DNA of 64,000 nucleotides. It comes from Candidatus Moraniibacteriota bacterium. Its GTDB lineage: Bacteria > Patescibacteriota > Minisyncoccia > Moranbacterales > UBA2206. Position 1 is the first letter of the stretch. Each line of letters opens with the position of its first letter. A model generated the notes under the pieces. That model saw only the letters and a program-made list of their open reading frames with translations. It had not been told where the DNA came from and did not search any database. A program made the translations under genes and the position numbers. The stretch spans positions 10,328-74,327 of the forward strand of contig JAUXSK010000006.1 of assembly GCA_030679995.1 (NCBI GenBank), written 5' to 3'. Shown piece by piece: positions 9,764 to 19,474 of this stretch.

Positions 9764-10138
9764 TTATTCTTGCATATTTTTATAAATTTCCTGCGTGTCC
9801 GTGCCGGTGGAAACCCGGATGGTCATTTTTTTATCGGATACGGTTACTAGGGGGCTCAATTCTTTTTTTTCTCCGGTTTGTATCCCGACATCGCCTTGGG
9901 AAATTTTTTCCGTATTGTCGGCCAGGATCTCCCAATGGAAATCTGTCTGGGAACTGAAATTTTCAATGACGAAATCCAACCGGTCAGATTTAGGATCGGC
10001 GAAAGATACGGCATACCAATCGGTGTTGTAGTCCGGGCTGTTATAGCGCGAATCGATGGCAAATAAATAGACGGAACTCGCCAGGAACAGCGCCAGGAAG
10101 AAATAAATAAAATTGTTATTTGGGTTCATTTTCAACAT
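9764..10138 (-). CDS. hypothetical signal-anchored/secreted small protein
   Basis: N-terminal hydrophobic segment 'FIYFFLALFLASSVYLFAI' followed by a hydrophilic domain. Translationally packed against the neighbouring membrane protein gene. Confidence 0.4.
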   Translation of the reverse strand: MLKMNPNNNFIYFFLALFLASSVYLFAIDSRYNSPDYNTDWYAVSFADPKSDRLDFVIENFSSQTDFHWEILADNTEKISQGDVGIQTGEKKELSPLVTVSDKKMTIRVSTGTDTQEIYKNMQE

Positions 10139-10139
10139 A

Positions 10140-12050
10140 TTAGTTGTTGCGATAATAAATATTGATACCGGGACTGGAATAGGTCTGGTCGAAATTTTTC
10201 AGTTTTCTGAATTGGGCGCTGTCGTAGCGCGGATTGACCATGATGAAATCGGTGCCGGTTTCAGCAAAGCAAGCCCGGGCTTCCGCGTTGTCTGGGCTGG
10301 CGATCATCTGCAGGGTGCACATTTCCCGCGGTTTGGTTTCATCTTCATAGCGTTTGAAATATCCGCGTGAAAGCGGGTACTTGTAGCCGCGCATCAGGAA
10401 GATCTTCATCCAGGAATCGGCGGTGATGTAGTTGTGGTCTTTCAGGATCATATCGTTTGATGAAGTTTTTTGGGCGAGGTAGCTTGAAGCGTCGAAGGTC
10501 TGTGCGACCGGAGCGAGATCGGTTTTGTCTTTGAAAGCCGAAGCTGAATCGGAAATCCCATCTACCAGGACGAAAGTCAAAACCACGATAAATCCGGCGC
10601 GGATAAGATTGCCGGACGATGCGAGTCGTTCGCTTGTCTTGGATCTTTTATCCGTTCCGAAGAGGGCATAGAGCGAATAGGCGCTGAGAATGGCGATGGG
10701 ATAGGATAGGTAATTACCGATGCGATTGCTAGGGAGATTGATAAATAGCAGATGGGGCTGGGTCGACATCAGAAAAATCATCACCGCCCAGGCGAGGATG
10801 ATAGAGTGGCCGAAATTCCTTTTCTTGAATCCGGCAATAAGGATTATGATGCCTAGAAGGCCCAAAGCGATCCGGGCTTCGCCGATGGAAGAGCGCAGAT
10901 TTTCCATCGTCAGTCCGACGCGCGTTTCTTTGCTAGGCGCTCCGACGGCGGTGTTGACGGCGCTATTTTTGACATAGTTCGGGGTGAAAATTAAAAAGAA
11001 AAAAACAAGTCCGGCAAAAAAGGTCGCCAGGACCTGAGGGGAAATGACCAGGCGTGACAAGGCCGGAAGAAGCTTTTTCCAATCCTTGAAATTGGCAGTA
11101 AAAAATACGGCGGCAATCATAGCAAAAATAAAGAGGAGGATAAAAGCGGTGAGATGATGGGTATAGAACAGTCCGAAAGTCGTGAAAATCGCGAGTGCGA
11201 GAAAAGCGCGAGAGCTTTTCTCTGCCGCAAAACCGGTTTCAAAAAATTCCATCGAACGGTAATAAAAATAAAAAGCAAGCGGCATCAGCAAATTTCCCAT
11301 GATATTGCCGACGACTCCGCCGCTGACAAACTTGGCTTGGGGTGAGGCTACGGCATAGAGGACGCCCAAAAAAAGCAAGACTAGGATTGCGATATTTTTC
11401 CGTTTAAAGATGCGCAGGGCCAAGATGAAAACCGTCAGTATGCCCAAAAGGTTCACAAGCAGAAGTGTTATGACGGGAAAGGCGGAAAAAACGCTGGCGC
11501 CGCTCAAAAGGCCGATTGTGCCGAACGGGATTTGCTCGCCAATGATAAAATCCGGCATCTGATCATAGTCCGGCAAACGATGGTTGTCGATCATCCATTG
11601 CGTCCAATACATATGGTGGCCCATATCGGTGGCAGTCGGGAAGACCGTGTCAGAAAGATAGGCTGTCTTAATGAAAATGGTCAGGAAAACCAGGAGGAAA
11701 ATCAGGACCGTTTGATGTCGGGAAAAATCGAACAATTTTTCTTCCGCCATTCCTGATTCCAGGCCGGCTTTTTTGGATCTGATTTTGTGGATGATCAGGC
11801 AGGCTGAAACAAGAAGCGCGATGCTGGCGGAAAGCGACAATCGGGTGATCGGCAAACCCAGTCCGGCCAGGGAAAAATTCAAAAAATCAACGCTGACAAT
11901 GCCAAGGCCGAATGACAAGATAAACCGTTCAAGCGCATTAAGCGCTTTGCTTTTTCCGAATATCGCCAATAGCAAAGCATAGCCCGGCAAAAAAAACGCG
12001 AAGGCCAGCGCGGCATAGAATAAAATTTGACTGGTTATGGCTTCAAGCAT
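10140..12050 (-). CDS. large polytopic membrane protein, putative GT-C-type glycosyltransferase (YfhO/PMT-like) with C-terminal extracytoplasmic domain
   Basis: 636 aa with more than 12 TM helices, a conserved acidic/His loop 'TDMGHHMYWTQWMIDNHRLPDYD', and a ~170-aa soluble C-terminal domain. Lies in the glycan locus. Confidence 0.4.
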   Translation of the reverse strand: MLEAITSQILFYAALAFAFFLPGYALLLAIFGKSKALNALERFILSFGLGIVSVDFLNFSLAGLGLPITRLSLSASIALLVSACLIIHKIRSKKAGLESGMAEEKLFDFSRHQTVLIFLLVFLTIFIKTAYLSDTVFPTATDMGHHMYWTQWMIDNHRLPDYDQMPDFIIGEQIPFGTIGLLSGASVFSAFPVITLLLVNLLGILTVFILALRIFKRKNIAILVLLFLGVLYAVASPQAKFVSGGVVGNIMGNLLMPLAFYFYYRSMEFFETGFAAEKSSRAFLALAIFTTFGLFYTHHLTAFILLFIFAMIAAVFFTANFKDWKKLLPALSRLVISPQVLATFFAGLVFFFLIFTPNYVKNSAVNTAVGAPSKETRVGLTMENLRSSIGEARIALGLLGIIILIAGFKKRNFGHSIILAWAVMIFLMSTQPHLLFINLPSNRIGNYLSYPIAILSAYSLYALFGTDKRSKTSERLASSGNLIRAGFIVVLTFVLVDGISDSASAFKDKTDLAPVAQTFDASSYLAQKTSSNDMILKDHNYITADSWMKIFLMRGYKYPLSRGYFKRYEDETKPREMCTLQMIASPDNAEARACFAETGTDFIMVNPRYDSAQFRKLKNFDQTYSSPGINIYYRNN

Positions 12051-12055
12051 AAGAT

Positions 12056-13177
12056 TTATTTTTTAGCGGTAACCTTTTCGATTTCTTCCAGGTATTTTTT
12101 GGAAATATTGTCCCAACTGAAATTATCAATGACATATTGCTTGGCTTTGGCGCCGAATCTTTCCCGGAAACCGTCATCAGACAGGAGTTCGTTGATTTTT
12201 TTGACATATGTGTCGGCATCGCCCGGTTCGACCAAGAATCCGTTTTCACCGTCCTTGATCGCGTCCTTGAGGCCTTCCAAGTTCGAGGTTAGGATGACTT
12301 TTCCGCAAGCTCCGCCCTCGATGGCGGTAATACCAAAGCCTTCCATCGATCCCGGCACTTTGATATTCGGGCCGACATGCATATCGGCGCAATTCATCAA
12401 TATCAATTTATCAGGTCTTTCGGGTATGTCGCCGATAAGTTTGGCTCGTTGTTGGAGGCCGAGTTCCCGAATGGCTTTTTCACAGACAGGGAAGTCGTTT
12501 TTATTCCCAGCCGAGTTATCGGAAACGACTCCGCCGACCGCGACGAAAAAATAATTATCCGGCAGTTTCGGCAGGACGTTGCGGATGAACCATTCGACGC
12601 CTTTGTGTGGGACGAATCTTCCGACTCTTAAAATGATTTTTTTGCCGGTGATGTCAATTCCTAAAACCTTTTCCATATCCTTCCGGGAACAAGGGATAGT
12701 CAATTCGTCCAGGAGAATGCCATTAGGTATGAAAACGCAATGTTCGCGTGAGATTCCGACTTTGACCGCTTCGTCGATAGTCTGGTTGCCGACCATGAAC
12801 AATTTATCCAATTTTTTCAAGGAAGGGATATTCACGGCCTTGTATATCCGGGAGAGCAGGCCTTTTTTATGGGCGAAAGTGATGTCCAGGCCGTGGACGA
12901 CGGAAAAGAATTTTTTCCCGGGATGGAAAAATTTCAGGGCGGCGCCGATCGGCGCCAGGACGCCGTTGCCGACCAAGCAGACATCGTAGTCGGACATCAA
13001 GAAAAGGGACCGCAAAAAGGTTACCGGCAAGAAAACAGGCAGCCACAGTTTGCCCTTGGTATTGGCGATCACTTTGACCGTAGCGTGTTTTTTCAAGCCT
13101 TCGGACAGGTAATAATTTTGCCTTTCGACTCCGCCGAAAATCGGCGGAAAAGAGTGGGAAATGAATAATATCCGCAT
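12056..13177 (-). CDS. GT4-family glycosyltransferase
   Basis: 'MRILFISHSFPPIFGGVE' is the typical GT4 N-terminus. The EX7E motif is 'EGFGITAIEGGACGKVILTSNLEGLKDAIKDGENGFL'. Confidence 0.8.
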   Translation of the reverse strand: MRILFISHSFPPIFGGVERQNYYLSEGLKKHATVKVIANTKGKLWLPVFLPVTFLRSLFLMSDYDVCLVGNGVLAPIGAALKFFHPGKKFFSVVHGLDITFAHKKGLLSRIYKAVNIPSLKKLDKLFMVGNQTIDEAVKVGISREHCVFIPNGILLDELTIPCSRKDMEKVLGIDITGKKIILRVGRFVPHKGVEWFIRNVLPKLPDNYFFVAVGGVVSDNSAGNKNDFPVCEKAIRELGLQQRAKLIGDIPERPDKLILMNCADMHVGPNIKVPGSMEGFGITAIEGGACGKVILTSNLEGLKDAIKDGENGFLVEPGDADTYVKKINELLSDDGFRERFGAKAKQYVIDNFSWDNISKKYLEEIEKVTAKK

Positions 13178-13427
13178 AATTTGCCTTAATATGTTACTTC
13201 AACATTCTACCTCAAAACAGGCCATCTTTCAAGGCCGGCAATCCCAGTGAATCAATGGTGTCGTATGGGCGGGATAATGTGTTTTTTAGCTACAATTTTC
13301 CAATCCCAGCACCTTCCATTACCACAATATTAATGTATAATGCAATTACGGCAAAAGCATGCGTAGTATTCGCAAAAACAACGATATTATTCATATTATG
13401 CGAAAATACTTCGCATAATAACCAGTT

Positions 13428-13895
13428 GTGGCGAAATCCGAATTCACTTGTCCCCTAATAAGTAAAAATATTTTTAATTCTATGATTATCACGATATGTG
13501 GAAGCTGTACCTTTGCTGAAGATATGGGCAAAGCGGCAGAACATTTGAAGAAAAAAGGCCATGAAGTTTATACGCCCGATCCATTGGTTACCGAAGAATG
13601 GTACCAAGAGAATCATGGTCGTGAGAATTTTCTTGATATGAAACCTGTCTGGACTAAAAATCACATGAAGAAAATAGAAGGTTCTGATGCCGTGCTGATT
13701 TTAAATAACGAGAAAAAAGGAATTAAAGGTTATTTTGGCTCCAACACTTTAATGGAATTGTCCGTGGCCTTTTTTCTTCAAAAGAAAATATTTTTACTAA
13801 ATCCGATAGATGAAGACCATCCGCATTACGAGGAGCTTATAGCAGTAGATTCAGTTGTTCTGCACGGAGATTTGGACAATTTTTCAAAGGAATAG
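13428..13895 (+). CDS. nucleoside 2-deoxyribosyltransferase-like (NDT/LOG-like Rossmannoid) protein
   Basis: 'MIITICGSCTF' and 'DAVLILNN...GSNTLMELSVAF' resemble the NDT family Gly-rich N-terminal strand and the 'DSGTAFEIG' catalytic-Glu motif. The true start may be the internal ATG at 13482. Located in the AT-rich islet. Confidence 0.4.
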   Translation: MAKSEFTCPLISKNIFNSMIITICGSCTFAEDMGKAAEHLKKKGHEVYTPDPLVTEEWYQENHGRENFLDMKPVWTKNHMKKIEGSDAVLILNNEKKGIKGYFGSNTLMELSVAFFLQKKIFLLNPIDEDHPHYEELIAVDSVVLHGDLDNFSKE

Positions 13896-14111
13896 AACAA
13901 GTGAATTCTGACATTGCACAACACCAAATATCTGGTTCAAAAATTTTTCACATTTATATAATCAGTAGCCAAAGCAGTATCGTTTTGTGTAAATAATTTG
14001 GGATGGAAACTGGAAGAATTAGCAACAAGTTCATCTCATCAATGGTTTGTTTTGTGAATCACAAAAGAGTTTATTAATCGGGAATATCCCCATTTTGTAG
14101 ATTTTTAAAAT

Positions 14112-15155
14112 ATGGAAAACTTTTCGAAAAAAATTAAAACACCGCAATCGCCATCGGAAATAACAACCGAATGGTTAGAGGGCATACTTAATAATACTTC
14201 AACCAACGAAATTGTCTCTATAGAATCAGATGATAGATTTAAGCCTGGCGGACACTTGGGAAAAATTGAAAAAGTTAAAATCACTTATGCTTCTCCTGAA
14301 TTTGAGCCGAAATCGGTAATTGTAAAATTTCAAAAATGTTCTGACCCAAAAAAAGAAGCGGAAATTTATCGACTCTTGGGGGAAGCGAAAATTTCATACA
14401 TCCCTCATTTATATGGGAAGTTTGGAGATGGGAACCTGGTCTTAGAAGATTTGTCCTCGACTCATTCAGTAATAAAAGATTTTGATATTAATCAAGTCCA
14501 AAAAGTAATCTCACTCCTTGCGGATGTTAATAGTAGATTCTGGGGCAATTCCGAGGTGCCGAAAGACAACCTGAGCCATTTCATTAATTCGATTAACATC
14601 AATTTTGAAAAAGGTTGGGAAAAATTTAAAAATCGATACGGAGAAAAACTCGGAAAGGAAATTGCCGATTTCGAATGGATATGGAAAAATCGTGAAATCG
14701 TTTCTGGTCATTACAATTCAAGCCCGACAACTTTATGCCATGGCGATGTAAACAGGTCTAATATTCTTTTCTCAAATGACAAAAGCAACAATCCAGTACT
14801 TATCGACTGGCAACTTTCCGGACAAAAAGTATTTCCTTTTGATATTTCTTATTTTCTGGTGAAAGCGCTAAGCGCAGAACAAAGACAAGAACATGAGAGT
14901 ACTTTGCTTAAAGAATATTATAAACTGCTGTCCGAAGAAATACGGTCAAATTATCCTTTCGATATTTTTATTTTAGATTATCGGGCATGCGCAACAAGGT
15001 CAATGCTTAGCGCAGTAACAAAATTTGGGCCGATATTCGAAAAGGATTTTAGTTATGACAAGGCCGATGAATTAGCAGAAAGAGTTATTGATGCCGTAAG
15101 AGACCTTAGACCTATAGAAGCCATTCAAGAATTACAAAATGTCAGGAGTTTTTAA
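14112..15155 (+). CDS. aminoglycoside-phosphotransferase/choline-kinase (APH/ChoK, Pkinase-like) family small-molecule kinase
   Basis: The Brenner catalytic motif is 'LCHGDVNRSNILF' (HGDxxxxN) and 'LIDWQ' matches the IDW/DFG-equivalent. Size 347 aa with a Lys-containing N-lobe. GC content is visibly lower than in flanking genes. Confidence 0.7.
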   Translation: MENFSKKIKTPQSPSEITTEWLEGILNNTSTNEIVSIESDDRFKPGGHLGKIEKVKITYASPEFEPKSVIVKFQKCSDPKKEAEIYRLLGEAKISYIPHLYGKFGDGNLVLEDLSSTHSVIKDFDINQVQKVISLLADVNSRFWGNSEVPKDNLSHFINSININFEKGWEKFKNRYGEKLGKEIADFEWIWKNREIVSGHYNSSPTTLCHGDVNRSNILFSNDKSNNPVLIDWQLSGQKVFPFDISYFLVKALSAEQRQEHESTLLKEYYKLLSEEIRSNYPFDIFILDYRACATRSMLSAVTKFGPIFEKDFSYDKADELAERVIDAVRDLRPIEAIQELQNVRSF

Positions 15156-15258
15156 TTTTGAGCATTCACCCCTGACCTCTCCCAAAATCCAAAACAAAAA
15201 AACTTTCAAACAAAAAAGACCTTCGGAAGGGGAAGGTCTTTGTAAAATAAACTTACGT

Positions 15259-15606
15259 TTAAAGATTAAGGATTTCCAGTGCCAATTCTGCGACTTTGTT
15301 TTTTTTCGCATCATGAGTTGCGCCTGCATTGAGCAACTCTTCCCTGTATTCGTACAGACCAGAACAAGCGATGATCGGTTTGGTGAAGCCGGCTTGGACA
15401 ATCTTCCTTACCAGTGACATTGAATTTGGACGGTCTCCGGGTACACACGCGTCCATAATGATCAAATCAATGTCGGTATTTCTGCGGAAAAGATCTTCCC
15501 CTTCCTCAAGAGTCGTCGCTCGCAAAACCTCAACTTTTCCATTAAGCTCCTCGTTGATTCTACGGAAATACCCATCATGATCTTCAATCACCAACACTTT
15601 TGACAT
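15259..15606 (-). CDS. single-domain response-regulator receiver (CheY-like REC) protein
   Basis: 'KVLVIEDHDGYF...DLIIMDACVPG...KPIIACSG' has acidic pocket residues, a phospho-acceptor Asp in 'IIMDA', and a conserved Lys near the C-terminus. SD 'AAGGAG' lies 8 nt upstream of ATG. Confidence 0.6.
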   Translation of the reverse strand: MSKVLVIEDHDGYFRRINEELNGKVEVLRATTLEEGEDLFRRNTDIDLIIMDACVPGDRPNSMSLVRKIVQAGFTKPIIACSGLYEYREELLNAGATHDAKKNKVAELALEILNL

Positions 15607-15803
15607 TATGCTGTCTCCTTTCTTTTTATCTAAAAGAACCCTTGAAATTCACCCAAATTCAACCCCTCAATCCAGTGAAACTTAGCAGATTTTTATTGTT
15701 TGGTCAAATATTTATGCTACGATTGAGATGTTCTACAAAAGCGGGCTTAAATTTCAGATACTCGGATATGTCAGCCGGAATATCTTAAGAAAATTTTTTT
15801 ACA

Positions 15804-16286
15804 TTGATGATGAAAAATATCAAAAATGCTTTTAAATGGATAATCGGCCTTCTGATGCAAAATAATATTCCTTTCCAAATTTCCGGAGGATTTGCTGCAA
15901 AACTATATGGCGCCAATCGTCCTCTGTTTGATATAGATATTGACATAAAAGGAAAGGATTTTGACAAGCTCTTGCCATTTGTAGAAGACTATATTTTATC
16001 TGGACCTAAGAGATACTTGGATGATTCATTTGATCTTCAACTTTTGACATTGGAATATCAAGGCCAACGCATTGACTTGAGTGTAAGTGAAAACTCTAAG
16101 ATATACAACGCCAAAACAAAGCAATGGCAAGAGTGTGAAACAAATTTTAATTCATTTAAAGAGTTTGAAGTTTATGGATTAAAAGTTCCTGTAATCACAT
16201 GGCAAGAACTTGTCGAATACAAGAAAATTATCAGAAGGCCGACTGATTTAGAAGACATTGCCGCTATAACCAAAAAATTTTCTTAA
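15804..16286 (+). CDS. ANT(2'')/AadB-like minimal nucleotidyltransferase family protein
   Basis: 'ISGGFAAKLYGANRPLFDIDIDI' is the Pol-beta-type NTase GS/GG..DxD motif. Size (160 aa) and layout resemble the aminoglycoside 2''-adenylyltransferase family ('GGWAIDARLG...DIDL'). Confidence 0.5.
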   Translation: MMMKNIKNAFKWIIGLLMQNNIPFQISGGFAAKLYGANRPLFDIDIDIKGKDFDKLLPFVEDYILSGPKRYLDDSFDLQLLTLEYQGQRIDLSVSENSKIYNAKTKQWQECETNFNSFKEFEVYGLKVPVITWQELVEYKKIIRRPTDLEDIAAITKKFS

Positions 16287-16339
16287 AATACATCCGATAA
16301 CGTGGCCTGTCCGGTTCAGGAATTTTTATAACGATTTTT

Positions 16340-17326
16340 TTATTTTCCAGTATCGTATTTGTCTTTTTTCCATTGGTACATCAGCTCTTCCGTCAGTTGC
16401 CGGGAAGATTTTATCATATCGGCGATCAAGGCGAATACGACGAATTGCAATCCGACCAGAAACAGCGCGATGCCGAAAATCAGATAGTTGCGGTATTGGG
16501 TTATCTTGAAATCAGGAAAATAATTAAAAAGGAAGGTGCCGAATGAGATGAGCGAAAGGAAAACCAGGAGTAATCCGGGTATCCCGAAGAACTTCATCGG
16601 CCGGATATCACGAATAGCCTTCAAAATGATTTTGGTGGAGTTATTGACGAATTTCCAGATGGATTTGGTAATTTTGGCTTCGCGGTTGTCGAAATAGGTG
16701 ACTTCGATCGGCACCCAGAAAAGCTTCAGGTTTTTGCCGATGGCATCGATAATCGTTTCCTGGGTATAGGTGAAATGGACATTGGTCAGGTTCAGGCGTA
16801 AAAGCGTTTCGCGGTTATGGGCGCGAAAACCGCAGGTCAGGTCGTTGGTTTTGTAATTGAGAAAAAAACCGATGACGCTGGCAGCGAACTTGTTCAAACT
16901 CTTCCTGACCCACGGAATGTTTCTAGCCTCGATTTCCCCGAACCGATTGGCGATGACCATATCGGCTTTTCCGTCCAAAATAGGCGTCAGTAACTTGGGA
17001 ATGTCATAGGGATTGAATTGGCCATCAGCATCAATATTGACCATTAGGTCCGCGTTATTCCTAAGTGAACTTTCGACCGCCTGCTTGAAGGAATAAGCCA
17101 GGCGCCGGTTGGGTTTATAGGAAATGATGATATCCGCTCCGGCCTCTTTGGCTTTGCGCGCCGTATCGTCAGTCGAACCGTCATCGATTACCTGGATGAT
17201 TTTTTCATCGATAATCGCGCCTTTCCCCATATAAAAATCAGCGGAAAAACTTTCTCTGATTTTTTTTATGGTCCCTCCGATAAGCGCTCCTTCATTATAG
17301 GCCGGTATGTTTACGATAAGCTTCAT
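16340..17326 (-). CDS. GT2-family polyprenyl-phosphate sugar transferase (DPM1/ArnC/GtrB-like)
   Basis: 'KLIVNIPAYNEGALIGGTI...VIDDGSTDDT...DADGQ' is the GT2 DXD region. Two C-terminal TM helices, typical of lipid-carrier glycosyltransferases. A logical donor-maker for the GT-C enzymes in the locus. Confidence 0.8.
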   Translation of the reverse strand: MKLIVNIPAYNEGALIGGTIKKIRESFSADFYMGKGAIIDEKIIQVIDDGSTDDTARKAKEAGADIIISYKPNRRLAYSFKQAVESSLRNNADLMVNIDADGQFNPYDIPKLLTPILDGKADMVIANRFGEIEARNIPWVRKSLNKFAASVIGFFLNYKTNDLTCGFRAHNRETLLRLNLTNVHFTYTQETIIDAIGKNLKLFWVPIEVTYFDNREAKITKSIWKFVNNSTKIILKAIRDIRPMKFFGIPGLLLVFLSLISFGTFLFNYFPDFKITQYRNYLIFGIALFLVGLQFVVFALIADMIKSSRQLTEELMYQWKKDKYDTGK

Positions 17327-17329
17327 CGT

Positions 17330-17560
17330 TTATTGCTTCTTAATGATTAATTGCGGATCAACGCAGTTGAAATCGCATTTGGCGTTTTTGGTTCCTTGCT
17401 GGATCAATTCTTTGGTACAATTACTCAGGTTTTCTTGGCATTTCGCCTTGCTTTCATTGAAATAATTCAGATTGATTTCATAGCCGAAATAGGGCAGGGC
17501 GAAGTAGGATACGACCGCCAAGCCTGCGATCCAGATGATTGTTTTTAATAGATCGAACAT
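17330..17560 (-). CDS. hypothetical small membrane protein (76 aa, Cys-containing)
   Basis: One N-terminal TM helix, then 'CQENLSNC...CDFNC' (four Cys). Four nt downstream of the GT2 gene (co-transcribed). Confidence 0.35.
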   Translation of the reverse strand: MFDLLKTIIWIAGLAVVSYFALPYFGYEINLNYFNESKAKCQENLSNCTKELIQQGTKNAKCDFNCVDPQLIIKKQ

Positions 17561-17683
17561 AGTTTATTGCTAAATTAGCACCATTATTTTTTTAGTATGG
17601 CAGAAAACGGCTCATTTAGCAAACCAAACCCCGATTTTTTTTCGGAGTTTGGCAAGAATGAATCCAACTGAAGTATGGATATT

Positions 17684-18964
17684 TCAGCGGCCAATGCCTT
17701 TATAGATGATGCCGAGTTTTTTGATCGCATCTTTGTCCAGACAGTTTTTTCCATCAATGATAACCTTAATTCCGTTCTGCTTAAATATTCTAGGGTCGAT
17801 TTCTTTGAATTCCTTATGGTCGGTAGCGATTATAAGCGCGTCGACTTTTTTAAGTAGGGCAGGGAGCGTTTTTATGGTCGATCTCTTCAAAATATGCGGA
17901 TCGTACGTATCGTATTTGACGCCGTGTTCTCCAAGTAGGGTCAGGATTTTAAAGGTCGGAGATTCCCGGGTGTCATCGACGTTGGCCTTGTAGGAAATTC
18001 CCAAAACGCCGATTTTGGTCCCTTTCATCGGCAAGCGCAGTTCATTCAAAGCGTCTTGTAGGATTTCGACGGTATATGAAGGCATCGAGTTGTTTATTTC
18101 CCGCGCGATCTTCAGGAATTTATGGTCGAAACCGGATTTTTTGGCGCGCTCGATGAGATAATAGGGATCAACCGGGATACAATGTCCGCCGACGCCGCAA
18201 GAAGGGAAATGGGGCATAAAAGCGAACGGCTTGGTCGAAGCGCCGAGGACTACGTCCTTGACGTCGATGCCGAGCTTGTCGAAAGATTTGGCGAGCTCGT
18301 TGACGAAGGCGATGTTGATGTCCCGGAAAGAATTTTCCACGATCTTCACGGCTTCGGCTTCACGGATCGATTTCATCGGGCGGATGGCTCCGTCCACGAT
18401 GCTTTCATAAAATTTTACGGCCGTTGCCAATCCTTGTTTATCGAATGAGCCGACTACCCGAGGAATGTTGGTGACGTTCCATTTCGGGTCGCCCGGATTG
18501 ATCCTTTCAGGGCAATGCGCGATGAAAACGTCCTTGCCGACCTTGAAACCGGCTTCTTCAAAAAGCGGCTTTACGATTTCCTCGCTCACTCCAGGATTGA
18601 CGGTCGATTCCAAAACGACCAGCGCGCCTTTTTTCAGGTTCCGCACGACCGCTTTCGTCGCACTGATAACCGGACTGAGATCCGGCATATACAGGTCGTC
18701 GACCGGAGTCGGCACGCAGATGAGGATAACATCGCTTTGTTCGATTATTTTTTCATCGGTGGTCGCTTTCGGCCTATGCGTAGGCAGATTATCCGCTAGG
18801 AATTTTTCTTCAATAGGGCTCTTGCCTTGATTGATAAGATCGACTTTATTTTTGTCCATATCGAGCCCGAAAGTTTCATAGCCCTTCTCGACGCAACGCA
18901 CCGCCAACGGCAAACCGACATAACCGAGACCGATTACGCAAACCTTAGCTTTTTTCTGTTCCAT
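17684..18964 (-). CDS. nucleotide-sugar dehydrogenase (UDP-glucose/GDP-mannose/UDP-ManNAc dehydrogenase family)
   Basis: 'KVCVIGLGYVGLPLAV' is the NAD-binding motif. The central catalytic region has 'GGHCIP' (catalytic Cys). Family-typical length of 426 aa. Confidence 0.85.
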   Translation of the reverse strand: MEQKKAKVCVIGLGYVGLPLAVRCVEKGYETFGLDMDKNKVDLINQGKSPIEEKFLADNLPTHRPKATTDEKIIEQSDVILICVPTPVDDLYMPDLSPVISATKAVVRNLKKGALVVLESTVNPGVSEEIVKPLFEEAGFKVGKDVFIAHCPERINPGDPKWNVTNIPRVVGSFDKQGLATAVKFYESIVDGAIRPMKSIREAEAVKIVENSFRDINIAFVNELAKSFDKLGIDVKDVVLGASTKPFAFMPHFPSCGVGGHCIPVDPYYLIERAKKSGFDHKFLKIAREINNSMPSYTVEILQDALNELRLPMKGTKIGVLGISYKANVDDTRESPTFKILTLLGEHGVKYDTYDPHILKRSTIKTLPALLKKVDALIIATDHKEFKEIDPRIFKQNGIKVIIDGKNCLDKDAIKKLGIIYKGIGR

Positions 18965-19137
18965 TTGATGTTTTTTTAGGGATTATTTCAACTTGGATTA
19001 TTATAAGTGGTTTTTAAAATAATGTAAAACCAGTTACGTGTTTTTTTATCCGGACCGAGGGCTTGCCGGCAAGGAATATCAGAAAACAAAAAAACGGCTC
19101 GTTGCCGGATTTTTATAAACATCGCTTTTTATTTTTC

Positions 19138-19389
19138 CTACGCGAATTTCTTTTCCAGTTTTTCCACGCGGTATGTCAGCGTATTGTGGTCGATTCTGTC
19201 GACCTTCTTGTGCAAATCGGCCTGGATGTTATCCACGGTCGTTTTTATCGCATCGACATCATTTTCGATTTTATGCAATCTTCCCTCCACGCTACCCAAT
19301 CTTCCTTCCACGCTCAAAAAACCGCTTTGGACGATCCTTGCCAGATCGTCGATCGTCATTCCGTTTTTTGCTGGATCATTTTTTTCCAT
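19138..19389 (-). CDS. hypothetical coiled-coil protein (84 aa) with tandem 'VEGRLGS/VEGRLHK' repeat
   Basis: Start chosen at the internal ATG (19389..19387, 'MEKNDPAKNG...') because a consensus promoter sits immediately upstream of it. Predicted alpha-helical, with no recognisable family. Confidence 0.4.
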   Translation of the reverse strand: MEKNDPAKNGMTIDDLARIVQSGFLSVEGRLGSVEGRLHKIENDVDAIKTTVDNIQADLHKKVDRIDHNTLTYRVEKLEKKFA

Positions 19390-19395
19390 AGTCTG

Positions 19396-19424
19396 ATTAT
19401 ATCGTCGGACTGTCCGGATGTCAA
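19396..19424 (-). promoter_or_regulatory. sigma70-type consensus promoter (TTGACA-17-TATAAT), leaderless transcript
   Basis: On the - strand, TTGACA (19424..19419) is followed by a 17-nt spacer, then TATAAT (19401..19396), then 6 nt, then ATG (19389). Read directly from the sequence. Confidence 0.5.
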
Positions 19425-19474
19425 TGCGGATTTTTTGTTTAAAATGGTTTTTTCGGGTATAATAATACCATGAA

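Noticed and set aside
17561-17683. Possible hairpin CCAAACCCCG-T8-CGGAGTTTGG between the GT2 operon and the sugar dehydrogenase gene
   Set aside because: Imperfect stem with a mismatch and no flanking U-tract in either orientation. Not convincing as a terminator.
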